Shown: positions 53,483-63,005 of the stretch, one piece after another | Layout: every line of letters begins with the position of its first letter | How positions within the stretch are numbered: the first letter of the stretch is position 1 | Source: Patescibacteria group bacterium UBA3466 | GTDB lineage: Bacteria; Patescibacteriota; Minisyncoccia; Phycocordibacterales; UBA918 | Assembly: GCA_002378195.1 (NCBI GenBank) | Contig: DFRJ01000001.1 | Coordinates: 161,722-225,721 of the forward strand | DNA: 64,000 nt | Direction: 5' to 3' | The notes under the pieces: generated by a model | Seen by the model: only the letters and a program-made list of their open reading frames with translations | Databases searched by the model: none | Told to the model about the DNA's origin: nothing | Program-made: the position numbers and the translations under genes

Positions 53483-55714
53483 CTAGTATTCTTGCTGCTC
53501 GCTAGCTCCTTCGTCTTCATCATCCTCATCTTCATCCTCTGAGACGGCTTCTTCTGCTTGTCCAGTCATGAGGATTTCACGAGCCTTAGATCCGTCGGCT
53601 GGTCCGATTACACCGTTTTCTTCCAACAGGTCCATCAAACGAGCTGCTCTCGAGTAGCCAACTCTTAGTTTTCTTTGGATGTATGAGGTTGAAGCTTTAT
53701 TGGCCTCGATCACAGCCATTTTGGCGTCTTCGTATAAGTCATCGTCAGCATCATCGCCGCCAACCATGGCATTGAACACCGCGTCATTACTGCCACCCTG
53801 TTCTTCGAAGTTGATGGTGTCGAGCTCTTGAGCGTCTTGATTCTTTAGGTAATCAACCACTTTCTTAATTTCTTCTTCAGATACATACGCTGATTGCAGT
53901 CGGACCGGCTTGGGGCTATCAGACGATAGGTACAGCATGTCACCTTGTCCCAACAGTTTTTCTGCTCCTGGCGAATCGATAATGGTGCGAGAGTCAATTT
54001 GAGACGCTACCATGAGAGCAACTCGGGTAGGGATGTTGGCTTTAATAGTACCGGTAATTACGTTTACTGATGGTCGCTGGGTCGCCAAAATGAGGTGAAT
54101 TCCCACCGCTCGACTCATTTGGGCCAATCGGACGATCATGGCTTCAAGTTCGCGCGGGTAGGCCTGCATCAAGTCGTTTAGCTCATCGAGGATGATGACA
54201 ATATAAGGAAGGGATTCTGGCAGATTGACCCGGTCTTCTTCATTTGAACCATTTGCTTCCCATTCTTCTTTAGCTGGGTTGTATACATTGTTGTGGTATG
54301 AAGAAATATTTTGAACTTTTTCGGCCTCGAGAATGTCGTAGCGTCGCTCCATTTCTTTTACTGCCCATGAGAGTGCCTGAATAGCCTTCTTAGCCTGAGT
54401 GATCACAGGGGTCAGCAGGTGAGGGATTTTGTTGTAGAGAGTGAGCTCAACTCGTTTCGGGTCAACTAGAATGAAACGTAGCTGGTCTGGGGAATTACGG
54501 TAGAGAAGAGAGATGATGACGTTGTGAATAGCTACCGACTTACCAGCCCCGGTGGTACCGGCAATCAGGCCGTGGGGCATACGGGCCACATTTGAAAAGT
54601 GGACGTTACCGGTCACGTCTTTACCGAGAGCGGCGATTAGTGGATGCGGAGAGTCTGTATACTCTGGGGTCGATAGAAGGGTAGATAAGCCAACAGTCGC
54701 GCGTTTTTCGTTTGGTACTTCAATACCGACCAATGATTTACCAGGGATTGGAGCTTCAATACGGATAGAGCTGGCCTTGAGGGCGAGTTGTAGTTCTTGT
54801 TGCAAGCCAGCAATCTTAGCAATTCGAACACCTTGCGCTGGCTTCAAGGCATAGCGGGTGATAGTCGGTCCACTTTCAACTGCGTCCATTTCAACACTAA
54901 TACCAAATTCTCGCAGCGTCCGCTTGATGGTTTTGGCGTTTTCTTTTACGTCGCCAATTTGTGCCTTACCTTTTTCTTTGTTGAGTAAAGAGAGAGAGGG
55001 GGCTACGTAGGTGCCGCTAAAGTTTTTGATAACAATTTCATTATTCTTTGATTTGCCAAACTTAGACATTTTCTTCGAGACCGCCGATAGGGCTGACCCT
55101 TTTTCTTCCTCGTCTTCCTCCGATTCTTCGTCGCCGTCTGTTGGTTCGGCCTCTTCTTCTAGTTCTTCCTCGGGCAGTCCCAAGTCGTCAAAATCTTCGT
55201 CTGCAAATTCGTCCTCCTCTTTCTTACTTAAGAATGGAATCTTTAAGCCGGTATTAAATAGAAGGAAGAGAGAGATGAGTACTAAACCGAAGATGAGTAC
55301 ACCAGACACAACCGACCCAAGTAGGGCCGCTAGAGGCCAGGCGAGGGCGAGTCCAGTAAAACCACCCAAGCCTTCTCCGTACAATTCGAGACCTCCGAGC
55401 AGTGAAAGGAACAAAAGTATAGTACCGGTGATTTTGGCGCCGCTTACTTCGCTACCTTCTTCTTTGGGATTCAACAATACAAATATATAGACCACACAGG
55501 CAAAAGGGGCGAGCCAAGCACCTGTACCAAATAGAGCTTTGAGGGCGACGTCTGTTAGCTCGCCCGCCGGTCCAGCATACTCGAGTAGCGAGAACAGAAA
55601 AAAGACGGCAATGATGCCCATTAGGACGGCGCCGATGGCTTGCTTGGCTTGGGGTGAAAGATCATCAAACCACGGTTCACTTTCTACTTTCTTTCTTTTC
55701 TTTTTACGTGCCAT
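53483..55714 (-). CDS. ftsK: DNA translocase FtsK/SpoIIIE with acidic C-terminal tail
   Basis: N-terminal TM helices, acidic linker, motor domain with Walker A GLIAGTTGAGKSV, gamma winged-helix domain, then EDEDEDDEDEGASEQQEY tail. Start set at MARKKKRKK. Confidence 0.9.
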   Translation of the reverse strand: MARKKKRKKVESEPWFDDLSPQAKQAIGAVLMGIIAVFFLFSLLEYAGPAGELTDVALKALFGTGAWLAPFACVVYIFVLLNPKEEGSEVSGAKITGTILLFLSLLGGLELYGEGLGGFTGLALAWPLAALLGSVVSGVLIFGLVLISLFLLFNTGLKIPFLSKKEEDEFADEDFDDLGLPEEELEEEAEPTDGDEESEEDEEEKGSALSAVSKKMSKFGKSKNNEIVIKNFSGTYVAPSLSLLNKEKGKAQIGDVKENAKTIKRTLREFGISVEMDAVESGPTITRYALKPAQGVRIAKIAGLQQELQLALKASSIRIEAPIPGKSLVGIEVPNEKRATVGLSTLLSTPEYTDSPHPLIAALGKDVTGNVHFSNVARMPHGLIAGTTGAGKSVAIHNVIISLLYRNSPDQLRFILVDPKRVELTLYNKIPHLLTPVITQAKKAIQALSWAVKEMERRYDILEAEKVQNISSYHNNVYNPAKEEWEANGSNEEDRVNLPESLPYIVIILDELNDLMQAYPRELEAMIVRLAQMSRAVGIHLILATQRPSVNVITGTIKANIPTRVALMVASQIDSRTIIDSPGAEKLLGQGDMLYLSSDSPKPVRLQSAYVSEEEIKKVVDYLKNQDAQELDTINFEEQGGSNDAVFNAMVGGDDADDDLYEDAKMAVIEANKASTSYIQRKLRVGYSRAARLMDLLEENGVIGPADGSKAREILMTGQAEEAVSEDEDEDDEDEGASEQQEY

Positions 55715-55904
55715 ATAGGGTCTATTGCAATGCTGGATAACTTTTAAATAATGCCTCCATAATATCACGTATCGCTTGTATGCCGCATCAAAACTAGAGC
55801 TTAAAAAGACAGTTTAGGGTAGCTTGCATTAATTAAAAATGTCCTTATAGTGGTAAATACGAAAGGGGACTTTAGTCTTTAAAAGTTTAAACGACAAGGA
55901 CAGT

Positions 55905-56645
55905 ATGCAGATAGAAAAGGACAGTAAGATAAAAATTAAAAGACTTTCAAGTGACGAAAACTACTATAATAATGTCTTTAAAAAGGCAGAAAAGATCGTG
56001 TCCGTTATATTTTATGTTGTCTCTGAGACTAGTATAAACAATAAGACAGAAAGTCATCTAAATAAACTAAAAGACATAGCTTTTAAAACTCACGAACTGT
56101 CTCTTAACACCTTGTCTCTTCAAAGTCATGAACAATTTCAAGGACTGTACGCTTTTCAAAATTCACTCGTCTCGCTAGCGAGCTACTTGAAGATTGCCAA
56201 CACGGCTCAGGTGGTAACTAGTGAGATTCACAACCTACTAGCTGATCAACTAGATATCGTGCAGCGCTATCTAAATAACCATTACTTAAGTAATGACGGT
56301 ATTGCCATAGACTCATTGGTAGACAAGTTGGACTTAGCGAGCAAGGCTCCAAAGACAAAGGGTGTCAATTCGGCTACAGGCGGGACGCGACAACGGCGGG
56401 TGAATATCCCGGCGGGAGACATTAGTACCGATGCTTATATGGTACATAGCCAGATGACCGATAGAGGAGAGAGAATAAAGACAGTCCTTGAAGCAAAGCC
56501 GCAAGCAACCATTAAAGACATTGCAGAAGTGATTACGGACGTAAGCGAAAAGACAATTCAAAGAGAGTTGAATAGTCTTATAGAAAAAGGACAAGTGTTC
56601 AGGGAAGGAGAAAGGCGTTGGTCTAGATACTCGGTTTCTAAATAG
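55905..56645 (+). CDS. Hypothetical protein with C-terminal winged-helix DNA-binding domain
   Basis: C-terminal ATIKDIAEVITDVSEKTIQRELNSLIEKGQV resembles DeoR/MarR-type wHTH. Confidence 0.4.
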   Translation: MQIEKDSKIKIKRLSSDENYYNNVFKKAEKIVSVIFYVVSETSINNKTESHLNKLKDIAFKTHELSLNTLSLQSHEQFQGLYAFQNSLVSLASYLKIANTAQVVTSEIHNLLADQLDIVQRYLNNHYLSNDGIAIDSLVDKLDLASKAPKTKGVNSATGGTRQRRVNIPAGDISTDAYMVHSQMTDRGERIKTVLEAKPQATIKDIAEVITDVSEKTIQRELNSLIEKGQVFREGERRWSRYSVSK

Positions 56646-56681
56646 CTTGTACTTTATATCAATAAAGTCCTATTTAAGTTT

Positions 56682-56712
56682 TGTCCGTTTGACCTATAAG
56701 GTCAAACGGACA
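56682..56712. promoter_or_regulatory. Perfect 13-bp inverted repeat tgtccgtttgacc-tataa-ggtcaaacggaca
   Basis: Arms are perfectly complementary; no T-run follows, so it may be a protein-binding palindrome rather than a terminator. Confidence 0.5.
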
Positions 56713-57158
56713 GATGTGTAGGAAGAGAAAGCTTCGTTAAAGAATTAGAAAGTCCAAGATGTCTATTAATGTACGTCTGAGTCTTTTTTGCTTGCAAAAT
56801 AAGCCATTTTGTTATGTAATGCTGAACTGGTGTAAGAAGACCCTAGGTCAGGCGTCTTATTAACCAGACCAGAGAGAACGGCATTTCGGTTAGAAATTCA
56901 CTAATTTTTATACATGAAGCATGTTTTATAACACCATGTATCCACAGTCTGTGAACTCCTATACCAGTATAAAGATGCTATTATCTCTGTACGCGCAAGA
57001 GCGCTTTTTTTCTAAGCCTCTGCGTTGTGAACGCACTTTGACAATGAAGCTATCTATGGCTTCTAAATAATAAATCAAAGTCTTAACACACTAATACCGC
57101 GTGACCTTTTTCCGTTTTAGACCGCCTGGCAGATACGCAGACCTGATTCGCAGCTAAC

Positions 57159-57216
57159 CTTTGCAGGCAGCACACCGTCTCTCTATCGAGAGGGGAATGG
57201 TGTGCTGACTGCAAAG
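57159..57216 (+). other. Long hairpin (18-bp arms, 17/18 paired) within the ~630-nt leader of the surface-protein gene
   Basis: ctttgcaggcagcacacc...ggtgtgctgactgcaaag with an inner ctctc-tatc-gagag stem. Confidence 0.5.
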
Positions 57217-57346
57217 TTAGTGATATTACGTAAGTGATGTGATAAACCACTTACTAATATGAATTAATTCATATTATTAGATATATCAATTAACGTCTCT
57301 TCGGAGACATGCGTAGTAATTACGCAAACAAATTACAGATAATTAT

Positions 57347-59413
57347 ATGACTATCGCACGAGAATTTGTTGCAAAGCTAGCAGTAGCTTTTGTAGCAGTT
57401 GCTATGGTTCTTTCTGCTTTTGCACCAGCTGCACAAGCTCAAACAACAGAAGAACTACAAGCAATGATTAATGACCTTCTTGCTCAAGTAGCAGCTCTAC
57501 AAGCTGGTGCTGGACAAGACGCTGGAGTTTCTTCAGACGTATGTCCTTACACTTGGACACGAGACCTTTCAACAGGTTCAACTGGAGCTGATGTAATGAA
57601 GCTTCAACAATTCCTAAACGCTGACCCAGACACACGAGTGGCTGTATCAGGCGTAGGATCAGCAGGAATGGAAACTGAATACTACGGTCCAGCGACCGCA
57701 GCTGCAGTTTCAAAGATGCAAGTTAAGTACCGAGCTGACATCCTTTCACCAGCAAACTTGGTGAACCCAACAGGATTCTTCGGTCCTTCATCACGAACAA
57801 AGGCTAACTCTCTATGTGTTGCTGCTCCAGTAATGGACGATGACATGGGAGACGATGACATGATGGATGATGACGAAGATGAAGACGATTCAGATAACAC
57901 ACTATCTGGTGAAGCTTCTCTAAACTCAGTATCTGTTAACTCAGAAGAATCTGAAGTTGAAGAAGGTGAAGAAGATGTTGCAGTTATGGAACTCGGAGTA
58001 GAGTTCGAAAACGGTGACGCTGAAATCGCTCGACTTGACGTTGAACTTACAGCTGACGGTGGTAACGCTGAAGATGAACCATGGGAAGTATTTGAAACTG
58101 TTTCTCTATGGATCGACGGCGACATGATCGCTGAAGCTGATGCTGACGACGAAGATGAATACCTAGACGAAGACGACGGTTCAATCCGATTCTCTGGTCT
58201 TGATATCTTCGCTGAAGAAGATGAAGAAGTAGAAATCATCGTTGCTGTATCAATGCAGAACAACCTTGAAAGCATGCCAGAAACTTGGAACGTTACTGTT
58301 GAATCAATGCGATTCTTCGACGCTGATGGTGTAGCCGAAACTGTAACAGACGGTGACACTGACGCTGACGAACTAGGTGATCTAGTTGAATTCGATGTTG
58401 AAGCTGAAGGTTCAAACGAAGATCTAGATGTTTCTCTATCTTCAAACAACCCAGACTCAACTGACATTGTTGTTGACACTGACTCAGACACTAACGATGT
58501 AACAATCCTAGTAGCTGATCTAGAAGCTGAAGACAACGATCTAGAAGTTGATACATTCATCGTTCGAGTTAACACAACTGGTGCTTCTACTACTGACGTA
58601 GTTGATGACATTCGAGTTGTTATTGGCGGTCAAAGCTTTGATGCTGAGAACGTTTCAAACTCAAACAAGGGAACAATCAGCGGATCTGATTCACGATACG
58701 TAGACAACGACGTAACTGATGACGCTGTGTGGTACGTATTCGACATTGACGGAGACGTAACTCTTGAAGAAGATGAAGAAGTAGATCTAGAAGTAGTAGT
58801 TGATCTTAAGGACACCAACGATGGTGCTCGGTACTCAAACGGTACTCAAATTGAAGCAACTATCACTTCAGTAGAACTAGCAGCATGGGACGTAGAAGGA
58901 GCTGACGATGTTACTCCTAGCGGATCTGCAGCTGGTGATACTCACACACTAGTAGCTGAAGGTATCCTTGTACCAGTTGACGGTGTTGAAACAACAACTG
59001 ATACTTCAGGTGACAACGATACTCTTGGTGAATTCGAAATCGAATTCGAAGTTACTGCAGTAGAAGGTGACTTCTACATCCGAGAACTTGCTACTGAAGG
59101 TACATCTGCTACAACTGGTGTTGAATTCACAGTTGACGGAACTTCAGCAACAACTTCAGGAACTCTATCTTCAACAGCTGACGAAGACACTGCAGGTGTA
59201 TTCACAGTTCGAGAAGGAGAAACTGAAACATTTACTCTACGAGTAACTGTTAACCCAGATGCCTCAGGTGACTTCCGAGTTAACCTAACAGGTGTTAACT
59301 ACGCAGAAAACTCAAACGGATTCTACGTAACAGCTGGTACAGACGGTGACCTATACGTACCGACTCCAGCACAAGACTTCCGAACATCTTACGAAACTAT
59401 CCAAGGTTCATAA
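57347..59413 (+). CDS. Secreted, highly acidic surface protein with N-terminal peptidoglycan-binding (PG_binding_1-like) domain
   Basis: Signal peptide ending AQAQ; CPYTWTRDLSTGSTGADVMKLQQFLN...YGPATAAAVSKMQVKY resembles PGRP-type PG-binding domains. The remaining ~550 aa are D/E/T/V-rich. Codon usage (gct/gaa/gac/gtt/cga) resembles that of the ribosomal-protein genes here. Confidence 0.6.
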   Translation: MTIAREFVAKLAVAFVAVAMVLSAFAPAAQAQTTEELQAMINDLLAQVAALQAGAGQDAGVSSDVCPYTWTRDLSTGSTGADVMKLQQFLNADPDTRVAVSGVGSAGMETEYYGPATAAAVSKMQVKYRADILSPANLVNPTGFFGPSSRTKANSLCVAAPVMDDDMGDDDMMDDDEDEDDSDNTLSGEASLNSVSVNSEESEVEEGEEDVAVMELGVEFENGDAEIARLDVELTADGGNAEDEPWEVFETVSLWIDGDMIAEADADDEDEYLDEDDGSIRFSGLDIFAEEDEEVEIIVAVSMQNNLESMPETWNVTVESMRFFDADGVAETVTDGDTDADELGDLVEFDVEAEGSNEDLDVSLSSNNPDSTDIVVDTDSDTNDVTILVADLEAEDNDLEVDTFIVRVNTTGASTTDVVDDIRVVIGGQSFDAENVSNSNKGTISGSDSRYVDNDVTDDAVWYVFDIDGDVTLEEDEEVDLEVVVDLKDTNDGARYSNGTQIEATITSVELAAWDVEGADDVTPSGSAAGDTHTLVAEGILVPVDGVETTTDTSGDNDTLGEFEIEFEVTAVEGDFYIRELATEGTSATTGVEFTVDGTSATTSGTLSSTADEDTAGVFTVREGETETFTLRVTVNPDASGDFRVNLTGVNYAENSNGFYVTAGTDGDLYVPTPAQDFRTSYETIQGS

Positions 59414-59462
59414 TCCATTTAGGATTATCCTAGGATGAGTAACGTATGGTTACGGATTCTTC

Positions 59463-59490
59463 AAAAAAGCCCCTTCGGGGGCTTTTTTGT
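59463..59490 (+). terminator. Rho-independent terminator
   Basis: aaaaaagcccc-ttcg-ggggcttttttg. Confidence 0.85.
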
Positions 59491-59555
59491 TGTTTGGAAA
59501 GGAGTCTGCGGGCGTATATTTGTTGCTTTATTTATTTCACGGTAAAATATCAAAT

Positions 59556-60059
59556 ATGAATAAAACTATAGTCACACTCAGCTTTTTGTTAATAGCCTTT
59601 GCGTTTTCGGCTGGCGATGCCGAGGCCTACCGGTCACTAGGAAATGTCACAACTAAAATAAATGACACGACCTATTTATTAGCGCATGCCTACACCTTAG
59701 GTTTTTTGAATGCCGATATGAACACGCCAATTTTGGCTGGGCTAGAAGAAACTTCTCAGTTTGATACAGCACAAACCGTTTTTAGTGTAGAAGGAGAAGG
59801 GGAGCTGACCGTAAGCTCTATAGTGTTAAGTGGGCAAGACATCACGTCTGGTGGGTACGAGATCGCCGCTGGCGACCGTCCGGCCTTTATGCTGATTGCT
59901 ATCGTAGAAGGGGTGCTAGCAGGTCAAGGTGCGCCTGTAATGACGCTAGAGAAAATCCCGTTCACCTATATCAAGAATGGCGAATCTACGACAGAAGAGG
60001 GGGCTTACACGTTTTTTGATCAAGGCGCCGCTGAGTCTGATATACTAGTAGCACCATGA
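59556..60059 (+). CDS. Secreted hypothetical protein
   Basis: Signal peptide MNKTIVTLSFLLIAFAFSAGDAEA; ~167 aa. Confidence 0.45.
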   Translation: MNKTIVTLSFLLIAFAFSAGDAEAYRSLGNVTTKINDTTYLLAHAYTLGFLNADMNTPILAGLEETSQFDTAQTVFSVEGEGELTVSSIVLSGQDITSGGYEIAAGDRPAFMLIAIVEGVLAGQGAPVMTLEKIPFTYIKNGESTTEEGAYTFFDQGAAESDILVAP

Positions 60060-60195
60060 TGAATGAACCAAGAGGTAAGTTGAGTCGGCTAGCCAATAAA
60101 ACATTCTTTCGTTTTGTCTTTAGTTTTGTGGGTGTAATAGCAGCGGCACTCTTGGTAATTTTGGCTATTGGGATAGGAGGCGACGCTAATTAGTT
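60058..60195 (+). CDS. Possible small single-TM protein (45 aa)
   Basis: ATGA start/stop overlap with the upstream gene; hydrophobic segment FVFSFVGVIAAALLVILAIGIGG. Confidence 0.25.
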
Positions 60196-60198
60196 CTT

Positions 60199-60678
60199 AT
60201 GTTACGTATTACTGATCAATATTTTTGGAATTTTGTTTTCTCAGTCTTTTTCATCATTTTGGTGGTGATGGGAGCGATTATTCTAGAGACCGAATCAAGA
60301 ATTTTGTTAGCTGATTTGGAGTTGGTTGATTATGCATTAATCACACTAGCGTCTTGGCGTCTGGTGAGATTATTTGTATACGATGCCATTACCAAATTTA
60401 TTCGTGAGCAGTTCTGGGATGTTAAGAAGGTCGGAAGAAAGTACCAGTTAGAAAAACCCAAGACCGGACCAAGACGTACTATGGCAGATTTGTTCGATTG
60501 CCCTTGGTGTTTGTCGGTATGGACTACTGCCCTTGTGATGTTTGTTTACCTGCTGACACCTTACGCTGTGTTCCCGGTAGTATTTTTGGCGTTATCTAGT
60601 GTAGCTACTTTCTTGCAGCTTATGTCTAGCGCGGTGGGACACAAGGCAGAGCAGCTCAAGCGAGAAAATGAGGGTTAG
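60199..60678 (+). CDS. DUF1360-family membrane protein
   Basis: CPWCLSVW motif and flanking TM helices as in DUF1360. Confidence 0.55.
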   Translation: MLRITDQYFWNFVFSVFFIILVVMGAIILETESRILLADLELVDYALITLASWRLVRLFVYDAITKFIREQFWDVKKVGRKYQLEKPKTGPRRTMADLFDCPWCLSVWTTALVMFVYLLTPYAVFPVVFLALSSVATFLQLMSSAVGHKAEQLKRENEG

Positions 60679-60679
60679 T

Positions 60680-60896
60680 AGGGTCCCTGCATTTACATTT
60701 AAGTATTATCTGCTATATTAGTTGCCAACAGGCTCATGACAGCTGGTTTTCGAAAGAAAGTAATGAAGCATACGCTTCGCCGGCCGAGGTCCAAACTAAG
60801 CTAATTTAGTATGGAAGGTCGAGCCCGTCAGGGTATTTTTTATTTTAAAAATGCCTCCGGGCCTGTGTAAATTACAAAACGTAATCCATATTCTAA
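60680..60896 (+). promoter_or_regulatory. Candidate rplJ (L10) leader region
   Basis: 217-nt structured, comparatively GC-rich untranslated region (gccggccgaggtcc...ggtcgagcccgtc) immediately upstream of rplJ. Classed as a leader by position only. Confidence 0.3.
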
Positions 60897-61382
60897 ATGG
60901 CAATTACAAAAGAAAAAAAGCAGGAAATTCTCGCTAAGCTAGATGGAGTAAAGACTGATTCTGAATCTATCGTATTCGTTAAATTCAATGGTATGAACGT
61001 AGCAAATACCACAGCGATGCGAACTGACTTGCGTGGTGAAGGTGTAGGCTTCTTCGTTGCGAAGAAGACTCTGATGAAGCGATCGTTTGACGGTGCTTTC
61101 GAGGGTGATATGCCAGAACTAGAAGGGGAGATCGCGGTTGCATACAGCGCCGATGCGATTGCTCCAGCCCAAAAAATCAAAGAATTTGCGGGTAAGTACA
61201 AGGACAATATTGCGATTGCTGGAGGAGTGTTCCAAGGTGTCTACAAGGATGCTGCAGAAATGACTGAGATTGCCTCAATCCCAGCTCTACCAGTTCTACG
61301 TGGTATGTTCGTTAACGTTATTAACTCACCAATCCAAGGTTTGGTACTCGGCCTTAACGCTATCGCTGAGAAGAAAGCGTAA
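60897..61382 (+). CDS. rplJ: Ribosomal protein L10
   Basis: MAITKEKKQEILAKLDGVKTDSESIVFVKFNGMNVANTTAMR matches L10. Confidence 0.9.
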   Translation: MAITKEKKQEILAKLDGVKTDSESIVFVKFNGMNVANTTAMRTDLRGEGVGFFVAKKTLMKRSFDGAFEGDMPELEGEIAVAYSADAIAPAQKIKEFAGKYKDNIAIAGGVFQGVYKDAAEMTEIASIPALPVLRGMFVNVINSPIQGLVLGLNAIAEKKA

Positions 61383-61499
61383 TTTTACTTCATCTGCGTC
61401 GTTATTCTCCAAAAAATATTATTCACCGTACAACTCGTACGGCTCACAGTATTTTTTTCGAAGGCCTCGCATCTAAAGCAAATAACACTTTCAAACAAA

Positions 61500-62033
61500 T
61501 TGGATTTAACTAATAAAATTATGTCAGACGAGAAAGACACAGCAGTAGTAGAAGAAACTACTGAAGAGACTGCAGCTCCTGAAGCGGCAGCAGAAGAAAC
61601 TAAGGAAGAAGCTCCAGCTGAAGAAGCGGCTTCAGAATCAGATGTTGATGAATCAGTTGAAGTGCCAGCAGAATTCGCTGCTCTAGTGGAGCAAGTAGAA
61701 AAGATGTCAGTGCTTGAACTACATGAACTAGTTAAGGTTCTAGAAAAGCGCTTTGGCGTTTCAGCTTCTGCAGTAGCAGTAGCAGGACCAGCAGCTGGCG
61801 GTGACGCTGGAGGCGAAGAACAATCAGAATTTACTGTTGAACTAGCTGACGCTGGAGCACAAAAGATTGCTGTTATTAAGGCAGTGAAGGAAGCTTGTGG
61901 TCTTGGTCTTAAGGAGGCTAAGGAAATGGTAGATGGAGCACCAGCAGAAGTTAAGGCTGGTCTGAAGAAGGAAGATGCTGAAGCTCTAAAGGCGAAATTG
62001 GAGGAAGCTGGAGCGACTGTAAATCTTAAATAG
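61500..62033 (+). CDS. rplL: Ribosomal protein L7/L12 with ~50-aa acidic N-terminal extension (or internal GTG start)
   Basis: Canonical L12 begins at [24 protein letters not shown]...; C-terminal domain [27 protein letters not shown]. The upstream 50 aa are E/T/A-rich. A GTG start at the Val of VPAEF would give a canonical-length L12. Confidence 0.85.
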   Translation: MDLTNKIMSDEKDTAVVEETTEETAAPEAAAEETKEEAPAEEAASESDVDESVEVPAEFAALVEQVEKMSVLELHELVKVLEKRFGVSASAVAVAGPAAGGDAGGEEQSEFTVELADAGAQKIAVIKAVKEACGLGLKEAKEMVDGAPAEVKAGLKKEDAEALKAKLEEAGATVNLK

Positions 62034-62201
62034 TTTTAAGATTTAAGTCACTGCTCCAGGGGCGGAGACATGTCGCGCGGAACGTAAGTGAGCACGACGG
62101 TCGAGCCGGGGTCGCGAGCCCAGAAAATAACATCGTATATTTTCTGAGGACTTGTGACGGAGCTACAGTAAACCTTAAGTAATCACTTACTTAGGTAGCA
62201 T

Positions 62202-62239
62202 AAAAAAGCAGCGCCCACGTACGTGGGCGCTGCTTTTTT
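62202..62239 (+). terminator. Rho-independent terminator
   Basis: aaaaaagcagcgccc-acgtacgt-gggcgctgctttttt. Confidence 0.85.
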
Positions 62240-62302
62240 ACAACATTGACCCCAAAAACTGTCTACCGACTTGATGTGATATAGTAGTCTCACAATTTCA
62301 GT

Positions 62303-62938
62303 ATGGCAGACCCACTTTCAATTCTGTTTGGTAGCACCGCCCGAGTAAAACTCCTAAGATTTTTTCTATTTAACCCGTCAAAAGAATTTACCTTCGATGA
62401 TATCTCTCGGAGGGCAAAGTTAGTGCGCCGCACAGCGCGCACTGAGATCAGTTCACTCGAGAAAGCCGGAGTTATTAAACAAAAAACTGTTTACATTGAA
62501 GTAGAAGGGAAGAAGAATAAAATGAAGGCAATCGGCTATACTCTGAATAAAGACTTTCAGGAGCTGCAGGCTTTGCAAACATTTTTATTCGAAACAGCAC
62601 CAATTGACGGTAAGAATCTACTAAAACACTTGCGCCAAGCAGGGACACTTGATTTTGTGGGTATTTCAGGGGTGTTTGTACGTGATTTTGAGCAAAGGCT
62701 CGATGTGTTGTTGTCGATGAAAAAGTTTAATCAGTCTAAGGTTGAAAAAGCAATTCGGTCACTGGAAGCCGAGGTGGGAATTGAGATCAGATTCGCCGCT
62801 ATGTCGTCTGAAGACTTGATGTACCGCGTCGGATTGTATGACAAACTGACTCGTGATTTCTTCGACTATAACCACCAAGTTTTGGTTGATAAAATCGGGG
62901 TAAAAGATGAAGTGACCTCAAACAGCTACCGGATGTAG
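62303..62938 (+). CDS. Hypothetical protein with N-terminal winged-helix domain
   Basis: STARVKLLRFFLFNPSKEFTFDDISRRAKLVRRTARTEISSLEKAGVI resembles a wHTH; 211 aa. Confidence 0.4.
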   Translation: MADPLSILFGSTARVKLLRFFLFNPSKEFTFDDISRRAKLVRRTARTEISSLEKAGVIKQKTVYIEVEGKKNKMKAIGYTLNKDFQELQALQTFLFETAPIDGKNLLKHLRQAGTLDFVGISGVFVRDFEQRLDVLLSMKKFNQSKVEKAIRSLEAEVGIEIRFAAMSSEDLMYRVGLYDKLTRDFFDYNHQVLVDKIGVKDEVTSNSYRM

Positions 62939-62972
62939 CATCAAAAATCCGCCAAGGCGGATTTTTGATGCT
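62937..62972 (+). terminator. Rho-independent terminator
   Basis: gcatcaaaaatccgcc-aa-ggcggatttttgatgc. Confidence 0.8.
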
Positions 62973-63005
62973 ACAATTTAGTTATTAAACACATAATTTT
63001 ACTTT

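Noticed and set aside
61500-61660. Separate small acidic protein gene upstream of rplL
   Set aside because: The acidic segment is in frame and contiguous with the L12 N-terminal domain with no intervening stop; it is either an extension or 5' UTR if a GTG start is used.
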